Origin: Octopus bimaculoides
Lineage: Eukaryota
Assembly (NCBI RefSeq): GCF_001194135.2
Contig: NC_068982.1
Coordinates: 153,565,074 to 153,629,073, forward strand
DNA length: 64,000 bases
Direction of reading: 5' to 3'
Shown one piece after another: positions 1 through 11,300 of the stretch. A model generated the notes under the pieces. That model was not told where the DNA came from. It saw nothing but the letters and a program-made list of their open reading frames with translations, and did not search any database. Every line of letters begins with the position of its first letter. Positions within the stretch are counted from its first letter, which is position 1. Made by a program: the position numbers and the translations under genes.

Positions 1-170
1 CAAATACTGTCTCGGTAATCAAACTACATATACAAGTATGATTATCTACCCTTCTCTTCCCACCTTTTTATATATTCACAGAGTAGTATGCACATGTTTA
101 TATGTGTATATGTGTACAAAATAAAAAAATACGGCATATGAATATAGTGTTTATATGTGTGCATATATAG

Positions 171-690
171 CAGGTCATCCTATAAATAATGTCCGGGTTT
201 CTATATTTTCAATTTGTAAACACTTTAACAGTATTTTAGAATTTCTAACGGCATCAAATAATATTTATATGTATTTGAACATAATTAAACTAATCAAATT
301 TCATTTTGCATGTAAATCTAATTGAAATTTCACTAATTACAGCTTTCAAAAAAAGGGAACACTACAGGTGAAGCTACTCGATATATTCATTCAGCATATG
401 GAGAAGAGTGCCTGAATAAAAGAAGTTGCAGAAGATGGTTTGTATAATTCATAAGTGGAGATTTCAGCCTTGAAGATGAGGCCCGAACAGGACGTCCAAT
501 TGAATTTGATGACAAGCTCCTTTTGGCAGAGCTTGAAGTTCATGTAGATTTCATTTGAGGAATTGGCACGAAACTTCGTTCAAGCCATACAGCTGTTCAC
601 CGCTATCATCAATAGCTGGGAAAAGTCCCAAAACTTAGAAAATGGTATCTCATTATTTGTCTGAAGCCAACCGCAATGTCCTACCCTCCC
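171..690 (+). mobile_element. Mariner transposon 5' fragment (terminal-repeat-like start plus degenerate N-terminal HTH region of the transposase)
   Basis: Begins CAGGTCATCCTATAAATAATGTCCGG. Frameshifted translation gives mariner-like motifs AYGEECL..RRW, GDFSLEDEARTGRPIEFDDKLL, EELA, LGKVPKL..W. It stops before the catalytic domain. Confidence 0.8.
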
Positions 691-699
691 TTCATGCAT

Positions 700-950
700 C
701 ATGCTTATCTGAACATTTTAAGCTTCTCAGTCGATTCATGCACACTTCCATGTGGTAGAGAACTGTCCTCGTATCGTACGGAAAGCCTGCTTTGAATTTC
801 TACCACTGAACCACCACCATCAGAGTAGAGACATTGGATCCCTGATCTACGTTCTGTGGTGCCAGCGGTGTGGGCATGCCTGAAATGCAAGAAAGAAAAC
901 TGTAGCGACCAGAGTCAAACCCCGATTACGTTACCACAGGAGTTACACTT
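700..950 (-). mobile_element. Second mariner N-terminal fragment, convergent with the first
   Basis: ORF 705..890(-) RSGIQCLYSDGGGSVVEIQSRLSVRYEDSSLPHGSVHESTEKLKMFR fits the mariner first-HTH pattern (RxVIxFL...EIxxRL..YG...L...VYEW.EKFK.GR). Confidence 0.6.
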
Positions 951-1022
951 TTAAGCACGGTATTGTTAAATGCAGTGCGACCAACGTAAAGAAAGTATAA
1001 CTTTTGACTTTCCTTGTATACG

Positions 1023-1092
1023 TACATACATACATACATACATATATACATACATACATACATACATACAAATGTGTGTGTGAGAGAGAGCT
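1023..1092. repeat. (TACA)n followed by (TG)/(AG) microsatellite
   Basis: Directly visible tandem repeat. Confidence 0.95.
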
Positions 1093-1329
1093 AGAGATAG
1101 CTTAGTTCTATGTAACAGAATGCATTAAAGTGTTCTCTATGTGCAGATGATCCAGCACAGGTAGGCATCTAAATGCATGTGGAACACCCAATGTTGAGTT
1201 CCAAATACATGCAATGGTGAAACGTACGTAGGAACTAATAATTTACCAAGTTGAGTCAAATGGATTTTTTTTTCTTCTCATATTTCAAGCTTTAATTAAT
1301 TTTTCAAAGTAATTATATTTGAAAAGCGT

Positions 1330-1480
1330 TTAGTCATCAGAATTCACCTTCTTACGGAGGTATCGATTGATGATGCTTTGTGAAGGACCAAGTTCTGCTG
1401 TAAGATTGCTTGTGCTTGGATGTTCAACTTCACCAAGCAAAGCCCTATGTTCCACAGCAGAAGGTCTTGGTGACATTTGT
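1330..1480 (-). mobile_element. Mariner fragment (GRP linker plus second HTH)
   Basis: Minus strand reads SPRPSAVEHRALLGEVEHPSTSNLTAELGPSQSIINRYLRK, resembling the mariner RSGRP...LL..VE.P.ST..L.AELG.SQSTI.R.L segment. Confidence 0.6.
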
Positions 1481-2081
1481 TTAACATCGAGCCTGGTAGG
1501 ATACGGGATGAGAAAGTAATTTACGGCATCTATTGTGCCACTGACAACTTCGCAGTACTAATTGAAGTTAATGGGAACTTTTTGTTCATTTCTCGTTATA
1601 TTATGCAAATTATATTTGACTAATAATGTTTACGATCCTTTTTTGATATGTAAAATAGCCAAATGTGGTTTCAAAGAGAGTTATAACAATACTTATCTGT
1701 TGATTTCTATTAAGATAGAAACACATATTCAAGGTTGTCCTTTGCCTGCCAAACGAAATCCGTGTCTTTCATTTTTAGCATGATAATTTGGCAGGAAACG
1801 TTTCCTATTTTTAATATTACTCCTTGTTCTGTTTATTGCTATTAATCACCGCTAAATTCTTGTTTATCCTTGTGGCAGTTGGTTCCTGCTTCAAACGAAA
1901 TGGGAAGATAAACTCAAGAACTAAGAATTCTTCAATACTGTCATATCATAAAAGAAATGATATTATGGTTGTTGGAGATAAGAGGACTACTGTGGACTCG
2001 CTTTTCTGCTTGAGTGTTCATCATCACAAAAAGAAAATGATTATCTTTGTTATAATAATACATATACATTCATACAATCAT

Positions 2082-2082
<1 letters not shown>

Positions 2083-2178
<96 letters not shown>

Positions 2179-2222
2179 CATACATACATACATACATACA
2201 TACATACATACATACATACATA
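2083..2222. repeat. Compound (CA)n(TA)n(TACA)n microsatellite
   Basis: Directly visible; produces the spurious HTHT/YIYI ORFs. Confidence 0.97.
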
Positions 2223-2980
2223 CAGAATCAAGAGGCTTATATAAAATATATACCTACCAAATACCCAACTGATTTCGACGACTAAACAGTAGATTAAAAG
2301 ATATATTACCGACGTCCGAAGATGTGGGTTGATTGATACCCGAACCATGTGGTTAGCAGAATGCAAAGAACATTTCTTTATCTATGTCTGATAAACATAT
2401 TATCTATGTCTGATAAATATTTTAAACTAGCATCACAACAGAGCCATCATCTTGCACATTTCACGAGACCTTTCCTGTCTCAACCCCTGCATTTAATTAT
2501 TGCAATATATTCATTTTCAAATAATTTTTGACATTATATGTCCCATCGAAACTTTTTAAACCAGAAATAAATCCAAAGAGAAACATTAAAAAATGTGCCA
2601 TTATCTCATAAGTTTATGAAACTATCATATGGTGATGGAGAATTATTGCTGCCAGCTATAAAATATTCCAAATCGATAAATATATATTATTAAGAAGGCC
2701 ATGTGAAGACAACAGAATACATGAAGATAACAAATACTTGGTCTATTTCTGGAATATAACAATAAGATATTGTTTTTATCTCTAGTGAGGTGCATAAAAC
2801 CTCCCAAGATTTGTTGATTATTATTTTTTGTCTATAGCGGTAGTAAATGAGTCAGTCAATACTTTGCAGCGTTATATATTATAATCATACCCACAAACAC
2901 ACACATGTACACACACACGTACGCACGCACAACACACACACACACACACATGTGCACAATTACATGTATACACACACATT

Positions 2981-3804
2981 TATGCTGCGTTTTTAGATGA
3001 ATTTGTTCGCTTTTTTCATGTTTTAACATTTATTTTTATCCACAATTTTAACAAATCAGTTAATAATATATCCTTGTTTATTGTTCCCGGCGTTTTCAGT
3101 TCCACGATGTTATTGAACGAAAACCTTGCAGACTCTTAGAAAGGGACCACAAAATGTAATAATCTGAAGGCGTTATATGAGGATAATTCGGTTGCTGCGG
3201 AGGACCTGTGAACTGAGCTCCGGAATAGCGTTTATAATCAATGGACAGCAGACGCGGCAGCGTTATTTTGAAAGAGCACGTTGAGTCGGCATCCGGGTCG
3301 TTTGAACTGGATTGGTATTCGAAGGGCCACGATATCAGAAGAACATCTCATCAGCTGGGCTAAGTTCTTAATGGAATGAAGCGGATCTCGTGGATATGTT
3401 CATTCAAGCGATTTTCATTGAACTGAATAGGTCGCCCGAAAGGCAAAGAGTCTGTGATTTGGAATTTCCCTTCCCTGAAGCATGAAAACCATTTGTGTGC
3501 AGTTCTTTCAATAACAGTGCCTTCATCGTGCTCACCGCAAGTATTTGAACGGTTTTTACAGCTTTTGAGCCTTGATTGAAAGCGAAGAGGAGTAGATGTT
3601 CAAAATACTCATGTTTGCTACTTGCCACACCAGCGTCATATGTCTGAAAAGCGGAAAAGATTTATCCAAATTTCAAAGACAATAAGCAAACTTTGTAGCA
3701 GAAAACTAGAACTACAGAAAATCATAAGGCACTACGATAATATAAATGTTCGTGTTAATTGAAATGATTTGGAAAGAGGCAAATTTCTCTGAGAACTCAA
3801 TATA
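2981..3804 (-). mobile_element. Internally deleted mariner element with degenerate TIRs at both ends
   Basis: Minus strand has an N-terminus KHEYFEHLLLFAFNQGSKA...GRPIQF, then jumps to the C-terminal motifs VLFQNNA (HDNA-like) and TPSDYYILWSL (YSPDLAPSDYYLFRSL-like). Ends 2981-3010 and about 3776-3804 are weakly complementary. Confidence 0.8.
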
Positions 3805-4392
3805 CACATACACAAATATATTTACATACTTACTTATAAAGAGTTATTTGTAAGGGATTATAATCCAGGAAAGTTTCTCAATCAATACAAATACATTAGG
3901 CTATGATAGTGTTTTCAGATGGGTTTAGAACGGCACAAAATTGTAAGGCAAGGTCCAAGGTCAAGGTCCATCACAGGATGCACACTCAAGTTAAACTGCT
4001 CTTTAAGACAGAGGGTTATACAAGAAAAGATATTAGCAATGAGCTTTGCATATTTCTTTATTTTGGTATATTGACTTACAGCTGTTTCTTATATGCATCG
4101 TAGATCTATTTATGATTCCGTTTACTCGATGGGTCTATTGACTGACTGAAAAAAAAGAACAACCTTAACAAGTGCTATCATAAAATTCTGAGCGCTGACT
4201 CCGACGATAAAAGCATTTTCTCTGGCCGGTAAATTTTTTCAGTCGTACAATAGACCGGTTGAGTTGACAGAACCATGAAAGCACCTATGATGTTTATCAG
4301 AAACACCTGTAAGTCAAGATGCACAAATAGAGAAATATGAAAAGCCAATTTTGTTTACCTTTTCATATATACATACATATATATATATATAT

Positions 4393-4890
4393 NNNNNNNN
4401 NNNNNNNNNNNNNNNNNNNNNNNNNNNNNNNNNNNNNNNNNNNNNNNNNNNNNNNNNNNNNNNNNNNNNNNNNNNNNNNNNNNNNNNNNNNNNNNNNNNN
4501 NNNNNNNNNNNNNNNNNNNNNNNNNNNNNNNNNNNNNNNNNNNNNNNNNNNNNNNNNNNNNNNNNNNNNNNNNNNNNNNNNNNNNNNNNNNNNNNNNNNN
4601 NNNNNNNNNNNNNNNNNNNNNNNNNNNNNNNNNNNNNNNNNNNNNNNNNNNNNNNNNNNNNNNNNNNNNNNNNNNNNNNNNNNNNNNNNNNNNNNNNNNN
4701 NNNNNNNNNNNNNNNNNNNNNNNNNNNNNNNNNNNNNNNNNNNNNNNNNNNNNNNNNNNNNNNNNNNNNNNNNNNNNNNNNNNNNNNNNNNNNNNNNNNN
4801 NNNNNNNNNNNNNNNNNNNNNNNNNNNNNNNNNNNNNNNNNNNNNNNNNNNNNNNNNNNNNNNNNNNNNNNNNNNNNNNNNNNNNNNNNN
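4393..4890. other. Assembly gap (N run) inside a (TA)n tract
   Basis: N run flanked by TA repeats. Confidence 1.
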
Positions 4891-4938
<48 letters not shown>

Positions 4939-5044
4939 GCATACATATATACATACACACGCACACACGCACACACACACACGCATATATACCCAGAATT
5001 AATACCAAATCTTCATGTCCAACAACTTGACTCCTCACAACGAA

Positions 5045-5330
5045 ATGTTCGGTAAGTGCCTTCGCGGAAATATAGTTTACTGTGTTAAAGGATCACGTCA
5101 CAAAGTGCTCTATCGTTCTCACCGGGAACTCATTTAAATCCAGGTATACACTTTCCTACATGACGAAAACAATCTGCAACAAATGTTTCGAAATTTATTT
5201 GGATTATAAAAACACATCCATCACCAACTTCAATAATGAATTGTTTATTACAAAATCTGCCCCATTTCATATTTACGGTAACAAGAATTTAAAATCGTTA
5301 CACAACCATTCAGATTATTAAATTACAAAT
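5045..5330 (+). mobile_element. Penelope-like element GIY-YIG endonuclease remnant
   Basis: Frameshifted GKCLRGNIVY ... IVLTGNSFKSRYT resembles the PLE pattern CL..NIVY....YIG.T...FK.RY. Confidence 0.6.
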
Positions 5331-6654
5331 CAGATTTGATTTCCTTAATCTCTGATCAAAGGACTCCATTCAAGATTCGTCAAACTACAAGCTGAATACT
5401 ACTCTACATGCTTCTAATGATCTCTGGATATGTTCAAAAGTCTAACATTTGCACCCACTCCTTACCTCCTTGCAGGCTGGCCCTTTCTCTTCTCTCTGGC
5501 CCCTGCTCCCACCATGCTCTATTACCCCTTTACAAGTTTCAACCTTTACATGTTTTGTATACTGTACTCCAACTGTTCGCTAAGACCTCGTTTCTTTAGT
5601 TTTGCGTTCCAGTTTAGATACTACCTTCTTTACACTGTAGTCTGGTATAACACTTTTTACTATTTTATTTTACAACTTATACACCAGCATTGGAATCCCC
5701 TTATGCCACAAAACTATCGATCATGCAACTGACAGAGAGATAATTATTCATGCCCTGTTCAATTATATATGGAATCGCATTCATTTAATCTTAATGTTAA
5801 TTGTATAATTAACATCATTATCATTCATCAATATTTTTACACGCATGCGCCTGGATGTGCGCGCGCGTGTGTAAGCATATACGAATGAATGTGGTGATAT
5901 CTAAGGTATGTTTGTTCCCAACCAACAATTATTTTAGTGCTGTTAACACTGCCAGATTGAATAGTACTGCCCAGGTGTCGAAATCATAGTGATATCCGTG
6001 GGGCAGCTGATGATGGAGGTATGGTTGTTATTATATGTCCAGAATAGCATTTTAACACATTCATTGAGATATATATATATATAATTCCAAAAGAGTTAGA
6101 GGTTGATAATCGAACCAACTAAAGGTAATATCTATCCAATATACTGCTGGTAGAAAACCCACTCATTAATACACAAGTGTTTTTTTTTTTATTTGCATGG
6201 CAATTACACTACTGAATGTAATAAATGGGTGAGGGTAAAAAAGTTCTTTATCCTTAATTTATACAGCAATAAGAAAATGGAGGGGGATCAAGAGGTTGTA
6301 CTCATCAACTTTTAGACATTATATTATGACTATTTATTTATGTTTTACAAAAAACAATATAACAATATACATACATGTATAGCATAATATGCTTTACATA
6401 TACAATATATAAAAATACCAGTAATAATTAAAATATATAACGTAGATCACGTGTATATGACTTAGAGGTTAAACAACCATCTAAGGGATAATAAATATCC
6501 AATATACTACTGGATGTATACCTATGTATGTATATCCAAATATTTACGGTTGCAAGGCAATAGCGCAATTGAACAATAGGTATGAGTGGGGGTAAACAGA
6601 AATTTATATATATAGCTGAAATTTACAGAAAAACTAAAGACGAAAACAGCAAGA

Positions 6655-6765
6655 AAGTGTATTAGTTTAACGTTCAGGAAAATGAAAAGAGTCTTTTACG
6701 TTTCGAGACTTTACGTTACGCTCATCAACAAAAAGGAATAAGAGAAAATAAACGGGGAGAGAATG
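6655..6765 (-). repeat. Family A repeat, copy 1
   Basis: GTGTATTAGTTTAACGTTCAGGAAAATGAAAAGAGTCTTTTACGTTTCGAGAC...TACGCTCATCAACAAAAAGGAATAAGAG. Confidence 0.75.
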
Positions 6766-8229
6766 GAAAAACTTGTAGATTTCAACGGTCACATATGTGT
6801 TGCGCGCGCGCGCGCGTTTAATTATATATATATATATATATTTATTATATACACACACATACATACATACAGATAGATAGATACATACTTACATACATAC
6901 ATACATACATACATAATATATGAGTGCATGTATGTGCATTGTGCATGTGTGTAAGTATATGTTTATAAACCACGCGCACATATATATGTGTAATTACTAA
7001 TACACATGTTAGTGGGAACGTGAGATGCAAACTTGCTCTTGGCATATAAGTATAAAGACTCAATATACAACTATACTTAGATATTTACGTGTGAAACGGT
7101 GATATGATAGTATGTAAAAGGGCAATTAAATAATGACAAAACATTAGTTTTGTAAACCAGCATGAAGCAATGTCTTGAAACAATCGGCGCCTAAACGAAT
7201 GATTAATGTTTTGATGGAAATTCTGTTTCGTTTTGGTGCAGAATAATTGCAAGTAACTCTCAGTTAGGAACAGTGAATTATTGAGAATCCTTTTAAGCAA
7301 CATGAAAAATAGAGGTGTCATTCTGTCAGCTCCAGTGGAAGTTTGAAGAATGGTCTCATAAAATTTCATGAAGTAGATATACATTTGTCATAATGTTATC
7401 AGTGTTAGACAATAAAACCACGGGAAATCATGGCTTACATTATTAAATAAATCAACTTTGGGCGTAACACCTATTCTTTACTAAGCAATTTATTCACATA
7501 TTTTTCTTTTCTAATGACATTTTCATATGCCTTTTCAGTAAGAATAACTAAAATGCCCCCACCAAAACCAAAATACAATACAGAACCGAGTGAAAGTTGC
7601 CGTAGATATTATTGATAGTAAGTGTCTTCCAATGTCTGTTTAACTGTTGGAAACCGCAACAGATTACTGATAGAAATTATGTTACTTATAACCAAGCTAG
7701 AATATTTTATAACATATAATTTAATACATACTGAGATCTCATATTATGACAATATCAGTTATTGACATATTACATTCACTTAAAAGAAGTGGATATTATT
7801 GACCATTAACTTAAAATTCTCTGTAGTTTAAGATGTATCAGCTATGATATTCATAATATATGTTCAAGATCATTTGTTTACTCTTATTTGGTGCCATAAT
7901 TTACAGGTGTATCTATATATGAATACTACATTGATATTCTATGTGATCACCTGACTTGCAAAAGTAACAGTAAAAGATCTAAATCACCACTTCTTATGTT
8001 AAATAAGATTAAATAAAAAACACTAAATAATTTAGAATGAAATTCACAAAAAGAAGTGTTGCACACTGCTGGAATTCTTTCTTGTCAGAAGCCCGTCCGA
8101 TCTCATTTCAATCGAGGCCAATACAAACATGTTCAACAAGTCCTAATGAACTGCTGTCAAGAAAATGTAAATAGAACACTATAACGCTTACTGTTTTAAT
8201 CACTGATTCCAGTGAGAGGAATGCTGCCT

Positions 8230-8820
8230 TGATGGGGTACCACTGTCAAGATCTTGTTCAATCACATCGGTTGCAGCACTCATTCCACATTCATGCATAT
8301 TTTATCGCTGTATATAGCCTATTATACACTTCGATGAAAGATTGAATTTTGCCACAGGAGCGTGTTAATGGTATAAAACGAAACCCTACCAAGAAAGAAG
8401 CGCTCATTGTTGAAGAGAAATAAGTCGGATAATATGGCAAGAGCGTAGAGATTGGGGCAAAGTGTTGGGTCTTTGGACTGAATGAGGGGAGGATTAACAC
8501 AGTAGATGTTGTGAGTTACGGAAAGTGAGGGATGCGGGATAGACGTTTGTGAAAGTGGTGGTGTTCTTGAAGATGTGGTTTATTGATGGAAAGTGGTGGA
8601 AAGAGGGTAGAAAGTTGTGTATAGGAGGTGGAGTTGCAGTGTGCGGTGGCTGTTGAAAATGTCTGATGGAAAAGTGAAAGGATTTATGAGAAATAATGAA
8701 GGTGAGGGTTTGGGGGAGAAAAAACGTACAAATGGCAGATAAAATAGATAAATTCATGGTAATACTGAACTGGGAAAAGTGGTGTCGTAGATGGTGCATA
8801 TAAGAAGACAGGAGCTGAAG
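8230..8820 (-). mobile_element. Penelope-like element fragment (RT C-terminus and linker)
   Basis: Minus-strand ORFs give PPIHNFLPSFHHFPSINHIF...NVYPASLTFRNSQHLL, similar to the PLE post-RT segment P.V.TYHP...I..I.....F..PP..SFRR..NL..LL. Confidence 0.5.
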
Positions 8821-9859
8821 TGTATATTTTGACCAACTAGATTTCTAACACGCGCTCCAAGCGGAATAATATTCGCTAAAATTACAATATTTTAATACAA
8901 TATTTCAGTTATCTTGTTACTAACTTGTGATTACATTTCTTTAAATAGTTGTACAAACTCTTTACACGTGGTCGAACTCCTTGATTAGGCAATAATTCTT
9001 ATAGCTTAAAGTCCTAAACAATGCTCTGCCATGACCACTAAACAATACTTCAAATGTCCAGTGAATTTAAAAGCCAATTCTAGAGCCAATCGTCATATTT
9101 AGTCTGTTTATTCTTAATGTAACAGGCCTAGAGAGATAAATCAACCTGGCAAGGTCTTTCCATATTTTCACAAATTCACTATTTCCCACGATCATGATTT
9201 CACCTTTATATCATGTTTCAAAAGTAGTAGAATTTCCAAGAAGTTATTACTTGAAGGCACTAAAATTTTCTGGACTGGTAAATGAGGAAAGTAAAGCGAA
9301 AGGCAGAAAATCCAATGTTTTAGAGGAAAAACATACATATACATTATTTAGGAGGCATAGCGGGAGAAATTAAATTAACTATATTCAATCAGAAAGAGAA
9401 ACTTTATTAACTTATTTCTAGAGAGTGGAAATAACTTCCCACTTTTCTGAGCTTACCCTCGTTGTATAGTGAATCATTTGATTGTTAGTTTAATATATTA
9501 TTGAAAGCAAGCGTTCTATATTCTTATCCCATTAGGCAAATATTAAACGTGCAATAATACTGGTACAAAATTAAGCAAGAAATCCTATTATTTAGGCAAC
9601 AATAACTGTGAAATATATTTCTAACTTCTTATATGACATCTCAAATCAATAAATAACACAATATAATTCTAAAATGTCTAGAATATCATGATTTGTATTT
9701 AAATAAATTTACAAAGCGAAATGAAGTTCTTAATTTGGAAATTTTTGCTAATTGAAGGTGGAATACATTTATTTCAGAAGGGAAACAAAACGTATACATA
9801 TCTAGAAAAGTTGCAAAAATTTGACTCAAACAAGTAGATACGACTGTATGGGCGATACA

Positions 9860-10075
9860 TTCCCTACTTTTAGGTCACTTTAAATAAAACCCTTGTTTCA
9901 ATCGCACTGTGTACAAACTTTATACTTTGAACGACCAATTTTAGATACTGTTGGATTTTACTCACAAGGTACTGGAATCTTATATGTATACCATTCTGCC
10001 TAAATAATGGATCTACAAATGCAATATCCCTGCATATCTCACATCTATTTTCATTCCTCCACTTCACTCTAAATT
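9860..10075 (-). mobile_element. Probable PLE linker (Cys-rich) fragment
   Basis: KWRNENRCEICRDI resembles the KC...RC.IC zinc-binding linker before the PLE GIY-YIG domain; a hammerhead-like motif lies beside it. Confidence 0.4.
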
Positions 10076-10109
10076 TCGTATCGAAACTAAATTAACTATT
10101 TTTTCACAC

Positions 10110-10159
10110 GGTCTCCGATGAAGGCATATAATAAATATCCTAGAAATAGCTGTAAGACC
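10110..10159 (+). ncRNA. Degenerate minimal type-I hammerhead-ribozyme-like motif (PLE-associated type)
   Basis: GGTCT-CCGATGA-AGG(catataataaatat)CCT-A-GAAA-T-AGCT-GTA-AGACC: 5-bp stem I GGTCT/AGACC, stem II AGG/CCT, palindromic AGCT in stem III, GUA cleavage triplet. U4 is mutated to C. Confidence 0.55.
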
Positions 10160-11188
10160 TATTTATAAATGTTCTAAAATCTTCACAGCCTTGGTTTTTA
10201 TCTCATTCTGAAAAAAATGTTTTATATATACACAGGCTGAAATATGACCTACGTTGGATTCCTTATTCGCATAATCATCGAGCCTGGAGCTTAACTATTG
10301 TCTATCCATAGCACTTACTCACCTTTGAGTCTTACTGACACCATTACCTCTCATAACCTCTCATTATATATCCGTGAAAGAGGTTAGAATTTATCCGGTT
10401 GCATCTCGGTAACACGTGCTTATACAGAATAATATTCAGCACTGAATATATTCTAATTATTTATAATATAATATAGGATAAAATCTTTATAAGACTTTAT
10501 GAACAGAAGTCATCGTGCTATGTTGGGTACATCGTGGTATGTTGATTTTTGTTGATTTTTTTATGTGTCTCGACCATACGCGTACTGATGAACAAAAGAT
10601 GCAGCTTACTTCACAGTTTTGCTGTATTAATTGAGAAACCAGTGGTTTGCCGTTAAGTTAAATGTTTTTAGGAGATTAATTTTTGAAAGTTGCATTTCCC
10701 TCGCTTTCGGTAAATATGTTGCTTATTTTTTGGTAGATTTTGACTTATTTAGTCCCTCTAATCGTGAGGCATTACTATATAGTTAATGCCCTTATATAAA
10801 TTATATATATATATATAAACACACACATATAGGGTGGTGGAGGTGGTTGGTGAGTGTATGTGTTGTGTTTGTATATACATACATTTACATATTTTTCTGT
10901 ATACGTACATATATATTCGTCCAGTGCAATTTAGGCCTTAAATTGCGTTGACAAACAACCAGTATTTGGAATTCTATGTGTATTTCCGTTTTTGTATCGT
11001 GATTTTGTCTCTTGTAATGAAATCCATGTTTGAATATAAAACAAAATGTATGTCGAAAATAAAACAACTCTTCAGAGACTGTTTACGAGTTAAAAAACTC
11101 TCATGTTTAGCTTTGTTTTAAATATATATTTCTATATACGTGTGTGTATGTTTGTGTGTGTCTTTGTCTCTGTAATATCTCCCACACT

Positions 11189-11300
11189 ACCGCTCGGAGG
11201 TAAGAAGTTTACTTCCCAACCACATGGTTCGGGTGCAACCCCACCTTCTACTATAGCCACGGGATGACCAAAGTCGTGTGAGACGAACTAGGCGTGGTGG
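11189..11300 (+). mobile_element. 5' fragment of a tRNA-derived SINE (family 2)
   Basis: GGTAAGAAGTTTACTTCCCAACCACATGGTTCGGGTGCAACCCCAC...CTTCTACTATAGCC, recognised from memory as a common octopus SINE head. Confidence 0.55.

Noticed and set aside
1824-2366. ORFs rich in HT/YI/CV/MYV (also about 33.6-34.4 kb, 47.1-47.5 kb, 53.7-54.1 kb, 63.8-64 kb)
   Set aside because: Translations of di- and tetranucleotide microsatellites.
4314-5055. Long ORFs of 200-360 aa here and at 14969-16019, 34816-36059, 37085-37525, 39381-39759 and 50561-51349
   Set aside because: They run through N gaps and TA/CA repeats; artefacts.
6802-6817. (CG)n tract with Z-DNA potential (also about 22785-22810)
   Set aside because: Part of a compound microsatellite; no evidence of function.
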